DNA of 64,000 nt, from IMG/VR virus record IMGVR_UViG_3300032030_000028, positions 32,001 through 96,000 of that record. One strand, written 5' to 3'. The number at the start of each line of letters is the position of its first letter. The first letter of the stretch is position 1. Source of the stretch: a virus. Its lineage: Duplodnaviria; Caudoviricetes. The position numbers were made by a program, and so were the translations under genes. Below are positions 26,490-36,440 of the stretch, piece by piece. The notes beneath the pieces are model-generated. The model was not told the origin of the DNA. It made no database searches and saw nothing but the letters and a program-made list of their open reading frames with translations.

Positions 26490-28535
26490 ATGTGGAGTAA
26501 TAAAATATACGATCATGGCATAGACACCCAGCCATTTAAAAGCATCTTGCCGTACGATCGGGTAGATATAGATAATGATGTAGTAAATGACATGAACTAT
26601 TATCGTCATTGGGGAATATTCGGTCTTAAAGACGAACCTTCCTTGATGGTGTGGACTCGTATGACGAATGGAAAATTAGAATATTATATTCCGGCGCATA
26701 AAGATATCAATGATCAGATGATTCCGGAAGTAAAAAATATTCCGGAAGATCAGGTATATTACACGGATAAAAGAAACCCGCGCATAGGCACCAAATCATT
26801 ATTTAATAATGTTAATGCAGTAGCATTTCAACCCGAATATGCTGTGCATGCCAATGCTCCCTTGATTGATTCTAGAGAAGTCCGTAAAAGAATGCGAGAT
26901 TTAGGAGATTGCTCTATTAAAGCTCTTGTCAATGCTTCCCAGGAGGGACGCATGGGGCGGGCGGTATATGATTATAACGACTTTATGTTCTGCAAATATC
27001 TGGGGCAAGTTTCTAATAACTATCTAATAACATTAAGAAGATTTCCATTTCCTGCGGGTGATAATATCAATCTAGTTTTACATGGGGAAGATGCGAATGA
27101 GATCACTACTCAAAAACATATGCCGGACGTCGGTCGATTGGTGACATGGATGGGAACTCCAGGTAATGATCTGGAAAATATATTAAAATATAAGGTTTTG
27201 ATGCCGTATAAGGAACTCACCTCTACTATAGAGCAAACCAGTGGTGGGGGTGAAGGCGGTGGAATTATGGGTACTATTACAAACTTGACTAGCCCAGCAT
27301 ACGCTCATAATGTTTATCTAGGACGTGCCGGATCGGGGTCTATAGCTCATTTACAAGCATTGACCCAAACTCGTCTCGGTGGCATGATGGGAATGGGAAG
27401 AATTGGTAATTTATTGCAAGGACCTCGAGATGAAGGAGCTTCCGGGCATATGGATCGAACTAAAAACTATGGACCCGTAGATGTTATTGCTAAAACTCAT
27501 ATTCGCGAAGGTGGAGAAGATGGAGGATTGCGTTTCGAACAAGATATTAATTTAACGTTTGATTATGAGTTGAGATCGTATGATAATATCAACACAAGGG
27601 CGGCTTTTTTGGATTTACTAGCTAATATATTAGCCGTGACCTATGTAGACGGCCGGTTCTGGGGAGGTGCTTACATGGGGACTGGTGTATCTCAGAATAA
27701 ATTGTTTTCAAACCTCCCTATATATAATCTAAAACAACCCTTTAATTTTGGAGACATATATAATGCCGGAGTAGCTTCATTAAAAATGATTGCGACGGAA
27801 TTAAATGGCGGCAAGCCTATAACAGGTACTAAAGATATCGTGAATGCGGTAGTTCAATTAGGTAAAAATATGCTCACGGTAGTTGCTGGTGGCTTGCTGA
27901 ACGGACTAGGTCGTCCGCAAAGACAGGCAGTTAATTCGTTGTTGACTAACGCCCCGGTAGGTCTTTGGCATCTTACCATAGGCAATCCAAAACATCCTAT
28001 CATGTCTATGGGAAATATGATTCTTGATGATGTTAATATTCAACATTACGGGAGGCTAGGTTTAGATGATTTCCCGGTCGGGTTGAGAGTCAGCATTACC
28101 TTAAAACATGGCATGCCCCGGGATGCTAAAGGCATTGAGCATATGTATATGATGGGAGATTCTCGAATATATCAGCATATGGATGAAGATCTGCTTTATA
28201 TGTACGAAGAAGCTCAATCTTTAGATACTAAACCTAAAAATAAAAAAGGCGGCGGTAATTCCGGCAAAGTGAAAAATTCAATGAAAAGCCTGAAAGAAGT
28301 AAACGATACTATAGGGACGTATGCCGGAAGAATTGCTAGAATGGTTACCGATATCCTACACGGCAACCCTAATGCCGACGTTGATACGATTGAAAAATCT
28401 ATAATGAATAGGTTAGGTCAAGTTCAGGGATTTGCTCGAATAGTCAAGCAGTTTGGCACCAATTCACTCCGGCAGATCATTATAGCTGCTAAAGAAAGCT
28501 ATAAGGGTAACGATAAAATATCTAAAAATTCGTAG
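26490..28535 (+). CDS. Putative tail/baseplate structural protein
   Basis: 681-aa ORF heading an operon with gp15-like and gp5-like genes. Confidence 0.55.
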   Translation: MWSNKIYDHGIDTQPFKSILPYDRVDIDNDVVNDMNYYRHWGIFGLKDEPSLMVWTRMTNGKLEYYIPAHKDINDQMIPEVKNIPEDQVYYTDKRNPRIGTKSLFNNVNAVAFQPEYAVHANAPLIDSREVRKRMRDLGDCSIKALVNASQEGRMGRAVYDYNDFMFCKYLGQVSNNYLITLRRFPFPAGDNINLVLHGEDANEITTQKHMPDVGRLVTWMGTPGNDLENILKYKVLMPYKELTSTIEQTSGGGEGGGIMGTITNLTSPAYAHNVYLGRAGSGSIAHLQALTQTRLGGMMGMGRIGNLLQGPRDEGASGHMDRTKNYGPVDVIAKTHIREGGEDGGLRFEQDINLTFDYELRSYDNINTRAAFLDLLANILAVTYVDGRFWGGAYMGTGVSQNKLFSNLPIYNLKQPFNFGDIYNAGVASLKMIATELNGGKPITGTKDIVNAVVQLGKNMLTVVAGGLLNGLGRPQRQAVNSLLTNAPVGLWHLTIGNPKHPIMSMGNMILDDVNIQHYGRLGLDDFPVGLRVSITLKHGMPRDAKGIEHMYMMGDSRIYQHMDEDLLYMYEEAQSLDTKPKNKKGGGNSGKVKNSMKSLKEVNDTIGTYAGRIARMVTDILHGNPNADVDTIEKSIMNRLGQVQGFARIVKQFGTNSLRQIIIAAKESYKGNDKISKNS

Positions 28536-28578
28536 TAAGAAATACAATATAAATTAGTATAATATATAAAAACAACAT

Positions 28579-31500
28579 ATGAATTCAATTACCGAATGTT
28601 TAAAACAGATAACCTCCCTGACTAAGAAAAATCTTCAATTATTGAAGATGATCAATGATTCCTTTTATACTAGAAAAAATCATCTGGTATCTATAGTCGA
28701 TGGGGAGCAATACGTAGTTCCGTCTTTCTTGTCTTTAGAAAGCAAGATTGATAATCTGGAAGCTAATTTACAAAATATTTTAGATGCTCCAAAAACAGGA
28801 GAGGCTTTTACTTATTTCGATGGCACTACTCAGAGAATAGAGCTATCCGGATATTCTAATACACCACCGAAAACGAATCTCATACCACCGAATTCATTCG
28901 TTTCATCTATCAATCATATTTTTAAAGATTTTATGTCTCCCCAACCTACGGTTCGATTCGATATCGGGGGTATTTCTAATACAATCAAACACGTATTAGT
29001 TAAAAAGGTATCTATTCGCAATCCTATTTTGTTAGGGTTGGTTTTAGATAATGTAGTATCCGGGGAATCGGATATTTCCGAAGATGGAACTAAAAAGCGC
29101 GGGTCTATAGAATATGGTGATCTTGTCAAAACTTTATTTAATTATGAAAATGGAGTAGAATATGAAGATTATGACACAATAAAAAGACTGCCTTTAAGAA
29201 TGGATAATCCTACCGGCGAATACGATATTTTAGAAATTGTAGATACTTGGCAGGATGAGAATTTTGAAGAGCATTATATTCTCCGATTAGATAAAGATTT
29301 GATATATTATGTGCGAAATGGTACTATTCAAAAAAATATCATGATAGGAGACTACTTAGTCAGCTATAATGACAAAGTAGAGATGATCGTGGAAGATACG
29401 AATCCCGTAAATAGAACTATTACGGTTAAGATACTACACGGTGCATATGCTGAACTTTGCGATGTTCTTTCCGGAAATACTGATCTATATAGGCTTAAAT
29501 ATCATAAAGTTAATGATGAAGTATTTTCGGCGACAAAATATGTCGAAGTCCCATTGGAGGAAGATGAACACGTATGTATATTTATCGCGCCGATTAACGA
29601 TACCACTAACACACAAGCCGCTTTCGGCACTGGGGCTTATTTATATACAGATTATCTTGAAGATGAATCGGGAAATGATTTCCGAACATATTATACGGAT
29701 AATGTAAATAATATTGGAGATGCCTTATTCGCTATCACTAATATGATGAACGACGACGATCAAGTGGAAAAACTTACCGGATCAGAATTTCTAGCGCTTT
29801 CTGCCGTTAAGCCGGTATTGGGGACGGAAAGTATTACCGTATATCAGATCAACAAACACCTGAATGATTCGGAGAGCGTCAAAAAAATACGTAATTTATA
29901 CAATCAAAAAGTTCATTATAAAAACGAATTATCCGATATTGAAAAGAAAATTGATGATATTAATAATATTTTAGCGGACTCATCTTTTGATGATACCGAC
30001 GAAACCAGAGAGGCTTACAAATCTCAGCTTCGGGAATTGAATGCTCAAAGAAAGGAGCTTGCCCAAAACGTCACTTCCGTCATCCAAGAGATTTCCGAGA
30101 ACGCCAATTCTTCAGACACTCCTATTGAAAATGCTAAATACCACATCCGCGGGTTTGTGGACACCGGTAATTTTGATAACGCCTCCGTTATAGGTTTGGA
30201 TGTAGAATACAGATATAAAAACAAAAACAAATTTACGGGCAATGCCGAAACAATCGGTGAATCTTATATTTACTCTGATTGGAATAAAATGGATTCGTTT
30301 ATGAATGTAAAAACTCCAGCATATGATCCCATTACCGGTAAATATTCGTATAAATGGGGGGACCACAATGAATCTATGAATGAGCCTTCTTTTAATCAAA
30401 TAGATATCCCCATATCTCAAGGCGAAAATGTAGATATCCGGGTTCGATTCATTTATAATTTGGGCTGGCCATTGATTACTTTCCGTTCGGATTGGTCCGA
30501 AATATTAAATGTAGATTTTCCCGAAGAATTTGTCAAAGATATAGAAATACTGGATATCATAGAAGAGAATAACTCGGATATCAAACAACAACAATTTATT
30601 GGAATTCTAGAAAAAGAAGGAATTTTAGACCATGTATATGATAAAATCAGAGACATGGATCTTACATATTTTCATCAGCCGGAACATATCGCCAGTGGAT
30701 TTTATACGCCCGAACGCCGGATAATTCCGCTTTCAGACCAATTAGCGACTATGGCCCGAGCACTATCCGATTTGCAGACGGAAGTTAATGGAGCTACCGC
30801 ACAATTAGTGTTAACCTTATCGGATGGGATCCAAGAATCAACACTGTTGCCCGGAATAATGAATAACTTTAGAGTCCGGTCTTATGTCGATGCTGTCAAC
30901 GAGGGCGATTATCAAACTATGAAATTTGTTCGTGATCCTTTACATCCCGACGAAACATTAGACGCACCCCTGGCCGTATCTAATTTGGTTATTAATATCT
31001 ATAATCCATCTGAATACGTTATTAAACTACATTCTTTATTCCCGGGAGACAATTCCACAATATTGGATGATTCTCTCTCTTCTAATAGGTTCGGATATTT
31101 GAATTATGTCGGTGGCGGATATTGTACAACCGAAAACACCGATCCAAAATCTTCTAATATCGGAGGATATAATTATGATCCGTCCGCGGGTGTATGGATG
31201 ATGATGTCCGATATCGATAACCCTAACCAACAAAGGATTCTTCAAAGACAAAATCAATTTTTATATTTCAGAACGGTAGTGGATGGTAAATCTTTATATA
31301 CCGTAGGGTTATATGATGGGAACTCGTTTAATAACACTAGACAATCCGTATCGGACGATAACTTCAATGGCAAGTTCCCGGAAAATCTATTGTCCGCCAG
31401 AAACAACAATATACTCGAATTAGAAGATTATTTATATTATATGTACGATAGTTCCGATGTTTTATATAAAGGAATCGCCGGTTTATATCCAAGTATTGGA

Positions 31501-31866
31501 GGCATAGAAGAAATATGTGCCCCCACCGGATCTAGTTTTTATGAATTAAAACCCGGAGAATCCGTACAAATTCCTTTGAATTTCGCTTATTGGATTTCTA
31601 ACAATAAGAGTTCATCTATCCAATCCGCCGGAGATCTTTCTTCTAATGTAGAGGCGAAAATGAAACCCTATATTAACAAAATATCCCGAGCAATTGCATT
31701 TGATATCCGGACATCTTTATTTACGGACCCGGTAACTTATAAAATCACGGTATCCGCACATTACCAAGACCTGCAGACATTCAAATCTACTAGAGTTAAT
31801 AAACAATCCGTAAAAAAACAATATTCCCCCACTACTGTGGTAACCCAACTTAAAATCGGCAAATAG
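28579..31866 (+). CDS. Large putative virion structural protein with central coiled coil
   Basis: 1095-aa ORF; context only. Confidence 0.6.
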   Translation: MNSITECLKQITSLTKKNLQLLKMINDSFYTRKNHLVSIVDGEQYVVPSFLSLESKIDNLEANLQNILDAPKTGEAFTYFDGTTQRIELSGYSNTPPKTNLIPPNSFVSSINHIFKDFMSPQPTVRFDIGGISNTIKHVLVKKVSIRNPILLGLVLDNVVSGESDISEDGTKKRGSIEYGDLVKTLFNYENGVEYEDYDTIKRLPLRMDNPTGEYDILEIVDTWQDENFEEHYILRLDKDLIYYVRNGTIQKNIMIGDYLVSYNDKVEMIVEDTNPVNRTITVKILHGAYAELCDVLSGNTDLYRLKYHKVNDEVFSATKYVEVPLEEDEHVCIFIAPINDTTNTQAAFGTGAYLYTDYLEDESGNDFRTYYTDNVNNIGDALFAITNMMNDDDQVEKLTGSEFLALSAVKPVLGTESITVYQINKHLNDSESVKKIRNLYNQKVHYKNELSDIEKKIDDINNILADSSFDDTDETREAYKSQLRELNAQRKELAQNVTSVIQEISENANSSDTPIENAKYHIRGFVDTGNFDNASVIGLDVEYRYKNKNKFTGNAETIGESYIYSDWNKMDSFMNVKTPAYDPITGKYSYKWGDHNESMNEPSFNQIDIPISQGENVDIRVRFIYNLGWPLITFRSDWSEILNVDFPEEFVKDIEILDIIEENNSDIKQQQFIGILEKEGILDHVYDKIRDMDLTYFHQPEHIASGFYTPERRIIPLSDQLATMARALSDLQTEVNGATAQLVLTLSDGIQESTLLPGIMNNFRVRSYVDAVNEGDYQTMKFVRDPLHPDETLDAPLAVSNLVINIYNPSEYVIKLHSLFPGDNSTILDDSLSSNRFGYLNYVGGGYCTTENTDPKSSNIGGYNYDPSAGVWMMMSDIDNPNQQRILQRQNQFLYFRTVVDGKSLYTVGLYDGNSFNNTRQSVSDDNFNGKFPENLLSARNNNILELEDYLYYMYDSSDVLYKGIAGLYPSIGGIEEICAPTGSSFYELKPGESVQIPLNFAYWISNNKSSSIQSAGDLSSNVEAKMKPYINKISRAIAFDIRTSLFTDPVTYKITVSAHYQDLQTFKSTRVNKQSVKKQYSPTTVVTQLKIGK

Positions 31867-31868
31867 AT

Positions 31869-32765
31869 ATGATGACGCAAGAAGAAAAAGATATTATATA
31901 TAAAATTCGCAAAGGAGAGATAGATGTGAATAACCAACAGATATTCCTATCTCTCCTCATAAAGGGTTTGATATGGAATCTTAATCAGCATATTAAAATC
32001 CGAGATATAGATGTACCACATTTTATCATCAATACCGGTGATGATATTATGTACTTAGAAGTCAAAGGCCAGGATCATTCTATAGAACCATTGGAGGTCT
32101 CTAATGAGAGCTTTGTATATAATACGGTCCCTAGATGCCTAGTCACCCCGGAAGGTATATCCATCCCTACCGATGACTTATCCTCTCCATACTCTAATGG
32201 TATGTTCCAATATGAATCCGAAGATGATATATACAGCTACACGGCGGAATTCCGGAGATTACCTATGGAAATAACAGTATCTTTGAAATATTATTTTGAT
32301 TCATATACGGATTCTTTGGAAGGCATCCAACAAATCCTGACACATTGTGCGTTTATCAACATATTTGACATACAATATTTAGGCCAGACCATCCGATCCA
32401 GCTATCAAATATCGGACCAATATGAATCCCAATTCCAAGTAGAATTCGATGGTTTAAGCCAAGATAATAAATGCCGGGTAGTAGAAACGGACATTACCAT
32501 AGATACTAATATGCCGATTATATACCCAAGAACCGCCATTTTAGGAGACCGATTTATCAAAACCGCGATACATGAATTAAAAGTGTCCGATAAAGACGAG
32601 ATCCAAAAGCGGTATATTCGTCAAATGGACGTATGCAATATTTGCAAAAACAAATATCGGACGGCGCTTCAAGGCGAAAACTATGTATGCCCAACATATC
32701 TCTCATATAGAGATTCGGAAATTGAGATTCCGGAAGATAATTGCCCGGATTTTGAAGGTTTCTAA
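31869..32765 (+). CDS. Tail terminator/sheath stabiliser, T4 gp15-like
   Basis: RRLPMEITVSLKYYFDSYTDSLEGIQQIL resembles the gp15 core. Confidence 0.55.
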   Translation: MMTQEEKDIIYKIRKGEIDVNNQQIFLSLLIKGLIWNLNQHIKIRDIDVPHFIINTGDDIMYLEVKGQDHSIEPLEVSNESFVYNTVPRCLVTPEGISIPTDDLSSPYSNGMFQYESEDDIYSYTAEFRRLPMEITVSLKYYFDSYTDSLEGIQQILTHCAFINIFDIQYLGQTIRSSYQISDQYESQFQVEFDGLSQDNKCRVVETDITIDTNMPIIYPRTAILGDRFIKTAIHELKVSDKDEIQKRYIRQMDVCNICKNKYRTALQGENYVCPTYLSYRDSEIEIPEDNCPDFEGF

Positions 32766-32800
32766 TTTCAAAAATATGTCTAAAAGAAAAATAAAAATTT

Positions 32801-33493
32801 ATGAAACTAAGATTTGGAGAATTACGGCCAGGAAAAGTGCTGCGCGTCGAAGACGCTTATGGCACCATCAAAGGAAGTTGTCTCGGGATGTTTGCTGAAA
32901 CCGAAGATCCGGATAACCTGCCCCCCATGTTTCCGAATCCATTAGGACAAACTTCTTCGACTTCTTTCTGCCAACCTCATGAAGGGGATCTTATTTGGGT
33001 AATGTCTTTCTCGGACAATCCATGGGCTTTATATTATTCATTCCAAAACAGCGCAGGGCATCATAATAAAGAAATTTTAGATAAGAACTATAAAGATGCG
33101 GAAATTCTTCTGAGACGGAAAAATGAATCCGGAGAAGATGCTACGATGGAATATAATAGCGAGGATGGATCCGTTGTTCGAAACGGCAAAGCGGTATACC
33201 AAGCTGACCAAAAAGGTAATCTCCATATGGAGAGAGACGGAGACCATAGAACTATAGAAATTAATGAAACCGGAATATCTATAGGGAGTTCCGAAAAAAG
33301 CGATCAACCCGCAGTTTTGGGTGATGCCTGTGAATCCGCTTTTAAGGGTATTTATAAATGTCTAGCTCAAATCGCGGAAGTGTGCCGGGAAAATACTTAT
33401 ACCGCAGCCATCGCTCCAGCCATAGAAAATGTATTACCCGAAATCAGAAGTCATATAGAGCAAATAAAATCGGAATACGTAACATTAGATTGA
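32801..33493 (+). CDS. Baseplate spike, gp5/GpV OB-fold-like
   Basis: GKVLRVED...QPHEGDLIWVMS OB-fold pattern followed by beta repeats. Confidence 0.65.
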   Translation: MKLRFGELRPGKVLRVEDAYGTIKGSCLGMFAETEDPDNLPPMFPNPLGQTSSTSFCQPHEGDLIWVMSFSDNPWALYYSFQNSAGHHNKEILDKNYKDAEILLRRKNESGEDATMEYNSEDGSVVRNGKAVYQADQKGNLHMERDGDHRTIEINETGISIGSSEKSDQPAVLGDACESAFKGIYKCLAQIAEVCRENTYTAAIAPAIENVLPEIRSHIEQIKSEYVTLD

Positions 33494-33495
33494 TT

Positions 33496-34335
33496 ATGGA
33501 AAATAATATGATAGATAAATCCATAGCGGTAGCGGAAAATCTAAGTGAAGATGTTATAAAAACCGCTATGAGCACCCTTAGCGGAGCCGCCGGGAAGATC
33601 AGTGATAAGCTTCATTCGATTCTGGATACGCTACAGGAATTTAAAAATTATAAACCCAAAGATCCATTTGAAGAAGAGGATAAGAAAATGGGATTATTGC
33701 CCGAAGAAACTCCTTCCGAAGAAACTCCTTCCGAAGAAACTGCTCCGTCTAAAACCAAAAAACTCAAAGAAAAATTTATGCAGGGGGTGAAAAATATCAT
33801 CCCCGGATTAGATATTGATACTGTTTTAGATAAATTGGCTTCCAAATGCAAACCATTACAAGCCGCTATGGGGCCTATTAAAGATTCGATTTATCATATT
33901 AAGGAAAACAAACGATTATCTCCCGAAGAGAAAGCCACCCGCATTCAAACATTGCGGGAACAAAGACAAAAACAGATAGACGATTGGAAAAAATCACAAA
34001 AAGATTATGTTTCGCACATTATAGATGATATTAAAGCCGATTTTGATGAAATTAAATTCGGAGTAGAAAATTTAACGGCAACAGTTCCCATCGTCTCATC
34101 CCAATTAGCATTACCTACATTTATAGGCACCGGAAGCCCCAATCCTGCTAGGGTAGCGGCAGACTTCTTGGCAACAAAACGCATGCTTATGAGTATGGTT
34201 CATCCATTGCAAACAGCCGCCCGTAAATTTTTAGATAATTGCGACAGAATAGATTTTGATATACCTGAACCGGTATTGGATATATTAGAGGGTATTGCTA
34301 GCCTTGAATATCTAATTAGTAAACTTCCCGGATAA
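33496..34335 (+). CDS. Hypothetical protein
   Basis: ORF 33358..34335 restarted at the ATG after the upstream stop; short EETPS repeat. Confidence 0.7.
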   Translation: MENNMIDKSIAVAENLSEDVIKTAMSTLSGAAGKISDKLHSILDTLQEFKNYKPKDPFEEEDKKMGLLPEETPSEETPSEETAPSKTKKLKEKFMQGVKNIIPGLDIDTVLDKLASKCKPLQAAMGPIKDSIYHIKENKRLSPEEKATRIQTLREQRQKQIDDWKKSQKDYVSHIIDDIKADFDEIKFGVENLTATVPIVSSQLALPTFIGTGSPNPARVAADFLATKRMLMSMVHPLQTAARKFLDNCDRIDFDIPEPVLDILEGIASLEYLISKLPG

Positions 34336-34366
34336 TAATTAAAATAAAGCGCAAAAACATATCAAA

Positions 34367-34423
34367 AACAAGCGATCGTATCTTAGATGACTAGTTATAT
34401 CACTTAAGGTACGATCGCTTGTT
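34367..34423 (+). repeat. Dispersed palindromic element, copy 3
   Basis: Near-identical to copy 2; between convergent genes. Confidence 0.85.
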
Positions 34424-34444
34424 ATATCGCAGATATGCGAGTTT

Positions 34445-35026
34445 TTACTTAGGAAGTTTATTTTGGGGCAGTGCTTTATTGATCTCCGTTCTCTTAACGG
34501 CCAATCCCATCCTTGTGGCGATATCTATAGTTTCGTCATCCATATCGGCTTTGGGATTATCCGGATTATATGGGGCTAATAGATTATTAGTGTCTAAGAA
34601 ACCATAAAACAATCCTTCTACATGCCGATCAAAAGATTTTTGAAAAATATCATACGCATATTTAAGTTCTATATATTTAGATGGAGTACATATCACTACC
34701 ATATTAGATCCTCTCGGACGAGAATAATCCGTGATCTTCCGTATCTTCTTCGCATATTTATCTTGAGCATCATTGCCAAAATATGTCATCCTGTCTACAT
34801 TGCAGTATATGATAGCCACTTGCCGGAAAAGATCCCGACATTTATAACCGGATATCTTGAAAAAGTAGACCTGTTCTTTTTCATCATACAAGTCTTCTTC
34901 CGTGATCCCATATTTTTGCATTAATGAATTCAACAAGGATTCCGCCGAGATTTTTTCACCACCTTCACCCTGTTCGGCAAGAGCCCTGACTTTGTTGATT
35001 TTATTAATGATATCGTCTTTTGTCAT
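34445..35026 (-). CDS. DUF2786-like protein
   Basis: INKINKVRALAEQG..GE...A..LL..LMQKYGI N-terminus. Confidence 0.7.
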   Translation of the reverse strand: MTKDDIINKINKVRALAEQGEGGEKISAESLLNSLMQKYGITEEDLYDEKEQVYFFKISGYKCRDLFRQVAIIYCNVDRMTYFGNDAQDKYAKKIRKITDYSRPRGSNMVVICTPSKYIELKYAYDIFQKSFDRHVEGLFYGFLDTNNLLAPYNPDNPKADMDDETIDIATRMGLAVKRTEINKALPQNKLPK

Positions 35027-35231
35027 TGTTTCTGTAATAAGTTATTTTTTCCCCGTTTCTGATCCGGATAAACACATGAGCTAAAATATATCCTATAGCA
35101 AATCCACCAAAGATGGCTGCTATCATAGATACGGTAGTATTAGGGAATATTTTAGAACAGAAAAATCCCCAAGTACCACCAATTACAATCAAAATCATGA
35201 TTTCAATAAAGTTTCTGACAGATTCTTTCAT
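35004..35231 (-). CDS. Small membrane protein with two hydrophobic helices
   Basis: 75 aa, two hydrophobic segments. Confidence 0.65.
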   Translation of the reverse strand: MKESVRNFIEIMILIVIGGTWGFFCSKIFPNTTVSMIAAIFGGFAIGYILAHVFIRIRNGEKITYYRNNDKRRYH

Positions 35232-35251
35232 ATGCTTTTTAATTTAAGGGT

Positions 35252-35497
35252 TTATACTAAATTTAATCTTATACCTATATATACTCTAATTCCATCAAAG
35301 TTTGCACGAATATCATAATCGCTGCTTGCTGGGATACACCCTATACAATTAAGAAATTCTTGAAGGACATCCTCAGGATAATTAGTCAGAGGAATTAAAT
35401 CAGCCGCGCTAATATTATCCCTACCTTTTTCCGCAAGGTTAGCAAAAGCATCTATAAGGATATCTACATCCTTGAGTGTATATTTTGGATTAGGCAT
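35252..35497 (-). CDS. Hypothetical protein
   Basis: ORF 35252..35569; probable start MPNPKY overlapping the upstream stop. Confidence 0.55.
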   Translation of the reverse strand: MPNPKYTLKDVDILIDAFANLAEKGRDNISAADLIPLTNYPEDVLQEFLNCIGCIPASSDYDIRANFDGIRVYIGIRLNLV

Positions 35498-35771
35498 TGG
35501 AAAGGTCCCTCCCACAGACCGGACAATATTTAATAGGAATATACATATGGTGGACTTTCCGGCGATCATCTGCTATATAGATCTCAATAGTTGAAGTAAG
35601 TCCATCTTCTTCATGTTTATGTCTTGAGATTGGAGTTGGAGGAATGATGCTAGCCATAGTCTCAACATCCTCTCCGGAAAAATCTTGACTGGAATAATTA
35701 GTTTTGAGTAACTCTCTATATTTATGAGCACTCATCTTATCTCCCGTTAGAGCTTCACAATATTTACACAT
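35490..35771 (-). CDS. Small zinc-binding protein
   Basis: MCKYC ... IKYCPVCGR. Confidence 0.75.
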   Translation of the reverse strand: MCKYCEALTGDKMSAHKYRELLKTNYSSQDFSGEDVETMASIIPPTPISRHKHEEDGLTSTIEIYIADDRRKVHHMYIPIKYCPVCGRDLSNA

Positions 35772-36171
35772 ATCTTATATTTATACTGTTAGACAAATAC
35801 GTTTCAAAAAACTTTAGTTTTTCTTGTGCTATCTCTTCGGTTTCACAGTTGATAGTTAATTTATCACCATCCAGAAAATGCACTACCACTTTAGCATCCT
35901 CCCAGATATACCCTTCTTCATCAAACCGGCGCTCCTCAATGTCTCTGTACTTTATAGCTTCTTCTTTCGTATATAATTCTTCCCGAAACATACTGCCGCA
36001 GTACCCATACATATCTTCTTCATAGACCTTTTTGGTAGTTTTTTCACCACCAAACCATGTGAGTTTTACAATAGGTTCTCCTTTCTTATGAAGAAGCTGA
36101 AACGATTCCCATTTTTGCTTAGGAATATACCGCACATGACTTAATTTTTCGAATAAGATCTTTTCTCCCAT
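35764..36171 (-). CDS. Hypothetical protein
   Basis: 135-aa ORF. Confidence 0.7.
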   Translation of the reverse strand: MGEKILFEKLSHVRYIPKQKWESFQLLHKKGEPIVKLTWFGGEKTTKKVYEEDMYGYCGSMFREELYTKEEAIKYRDIEERRFDEEGYIWEDAKVVVHFLDGDKLTINCETEEIAQEKLKFFETYLSNSINIRYV

Positions 36172-36215
36172 ATTTATATATCTTTATGATAATATATAAA
36201 CGGATTCCGGGAAGG

Positions 36216-36398
36216 TTAAGATATTTTTTCGGAGTTCTGTTGGCACCATATTGCATGGAGTTTCCCGTTAAGTTCTTTACATTCGGACTTATAATGCCGA
36301 TATTTATTCCTATACACTCTATAAAGGTTATAGAAATACCAACAAAGAACCAATAAGATTGTGGATACAAAAATTAGAATTATGGATAATAATGTCAT
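36216..36398 (-). CDS. Small single-pass membrane protein
   Basis: N-terminal hydrophobic helix, 60 aa. Confidence 0.6.
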   Translation of the reverse strand: MTLLSIILIFVSTILLVLCWYFYNLYRVYRNKYRHYKSECKELNGKLHAIWCQQNSEKIS

Positions 36399-36440
36399 AA
36401 ATTTATATTTTTAATCGAAAATTTTCACAAATATTACATT

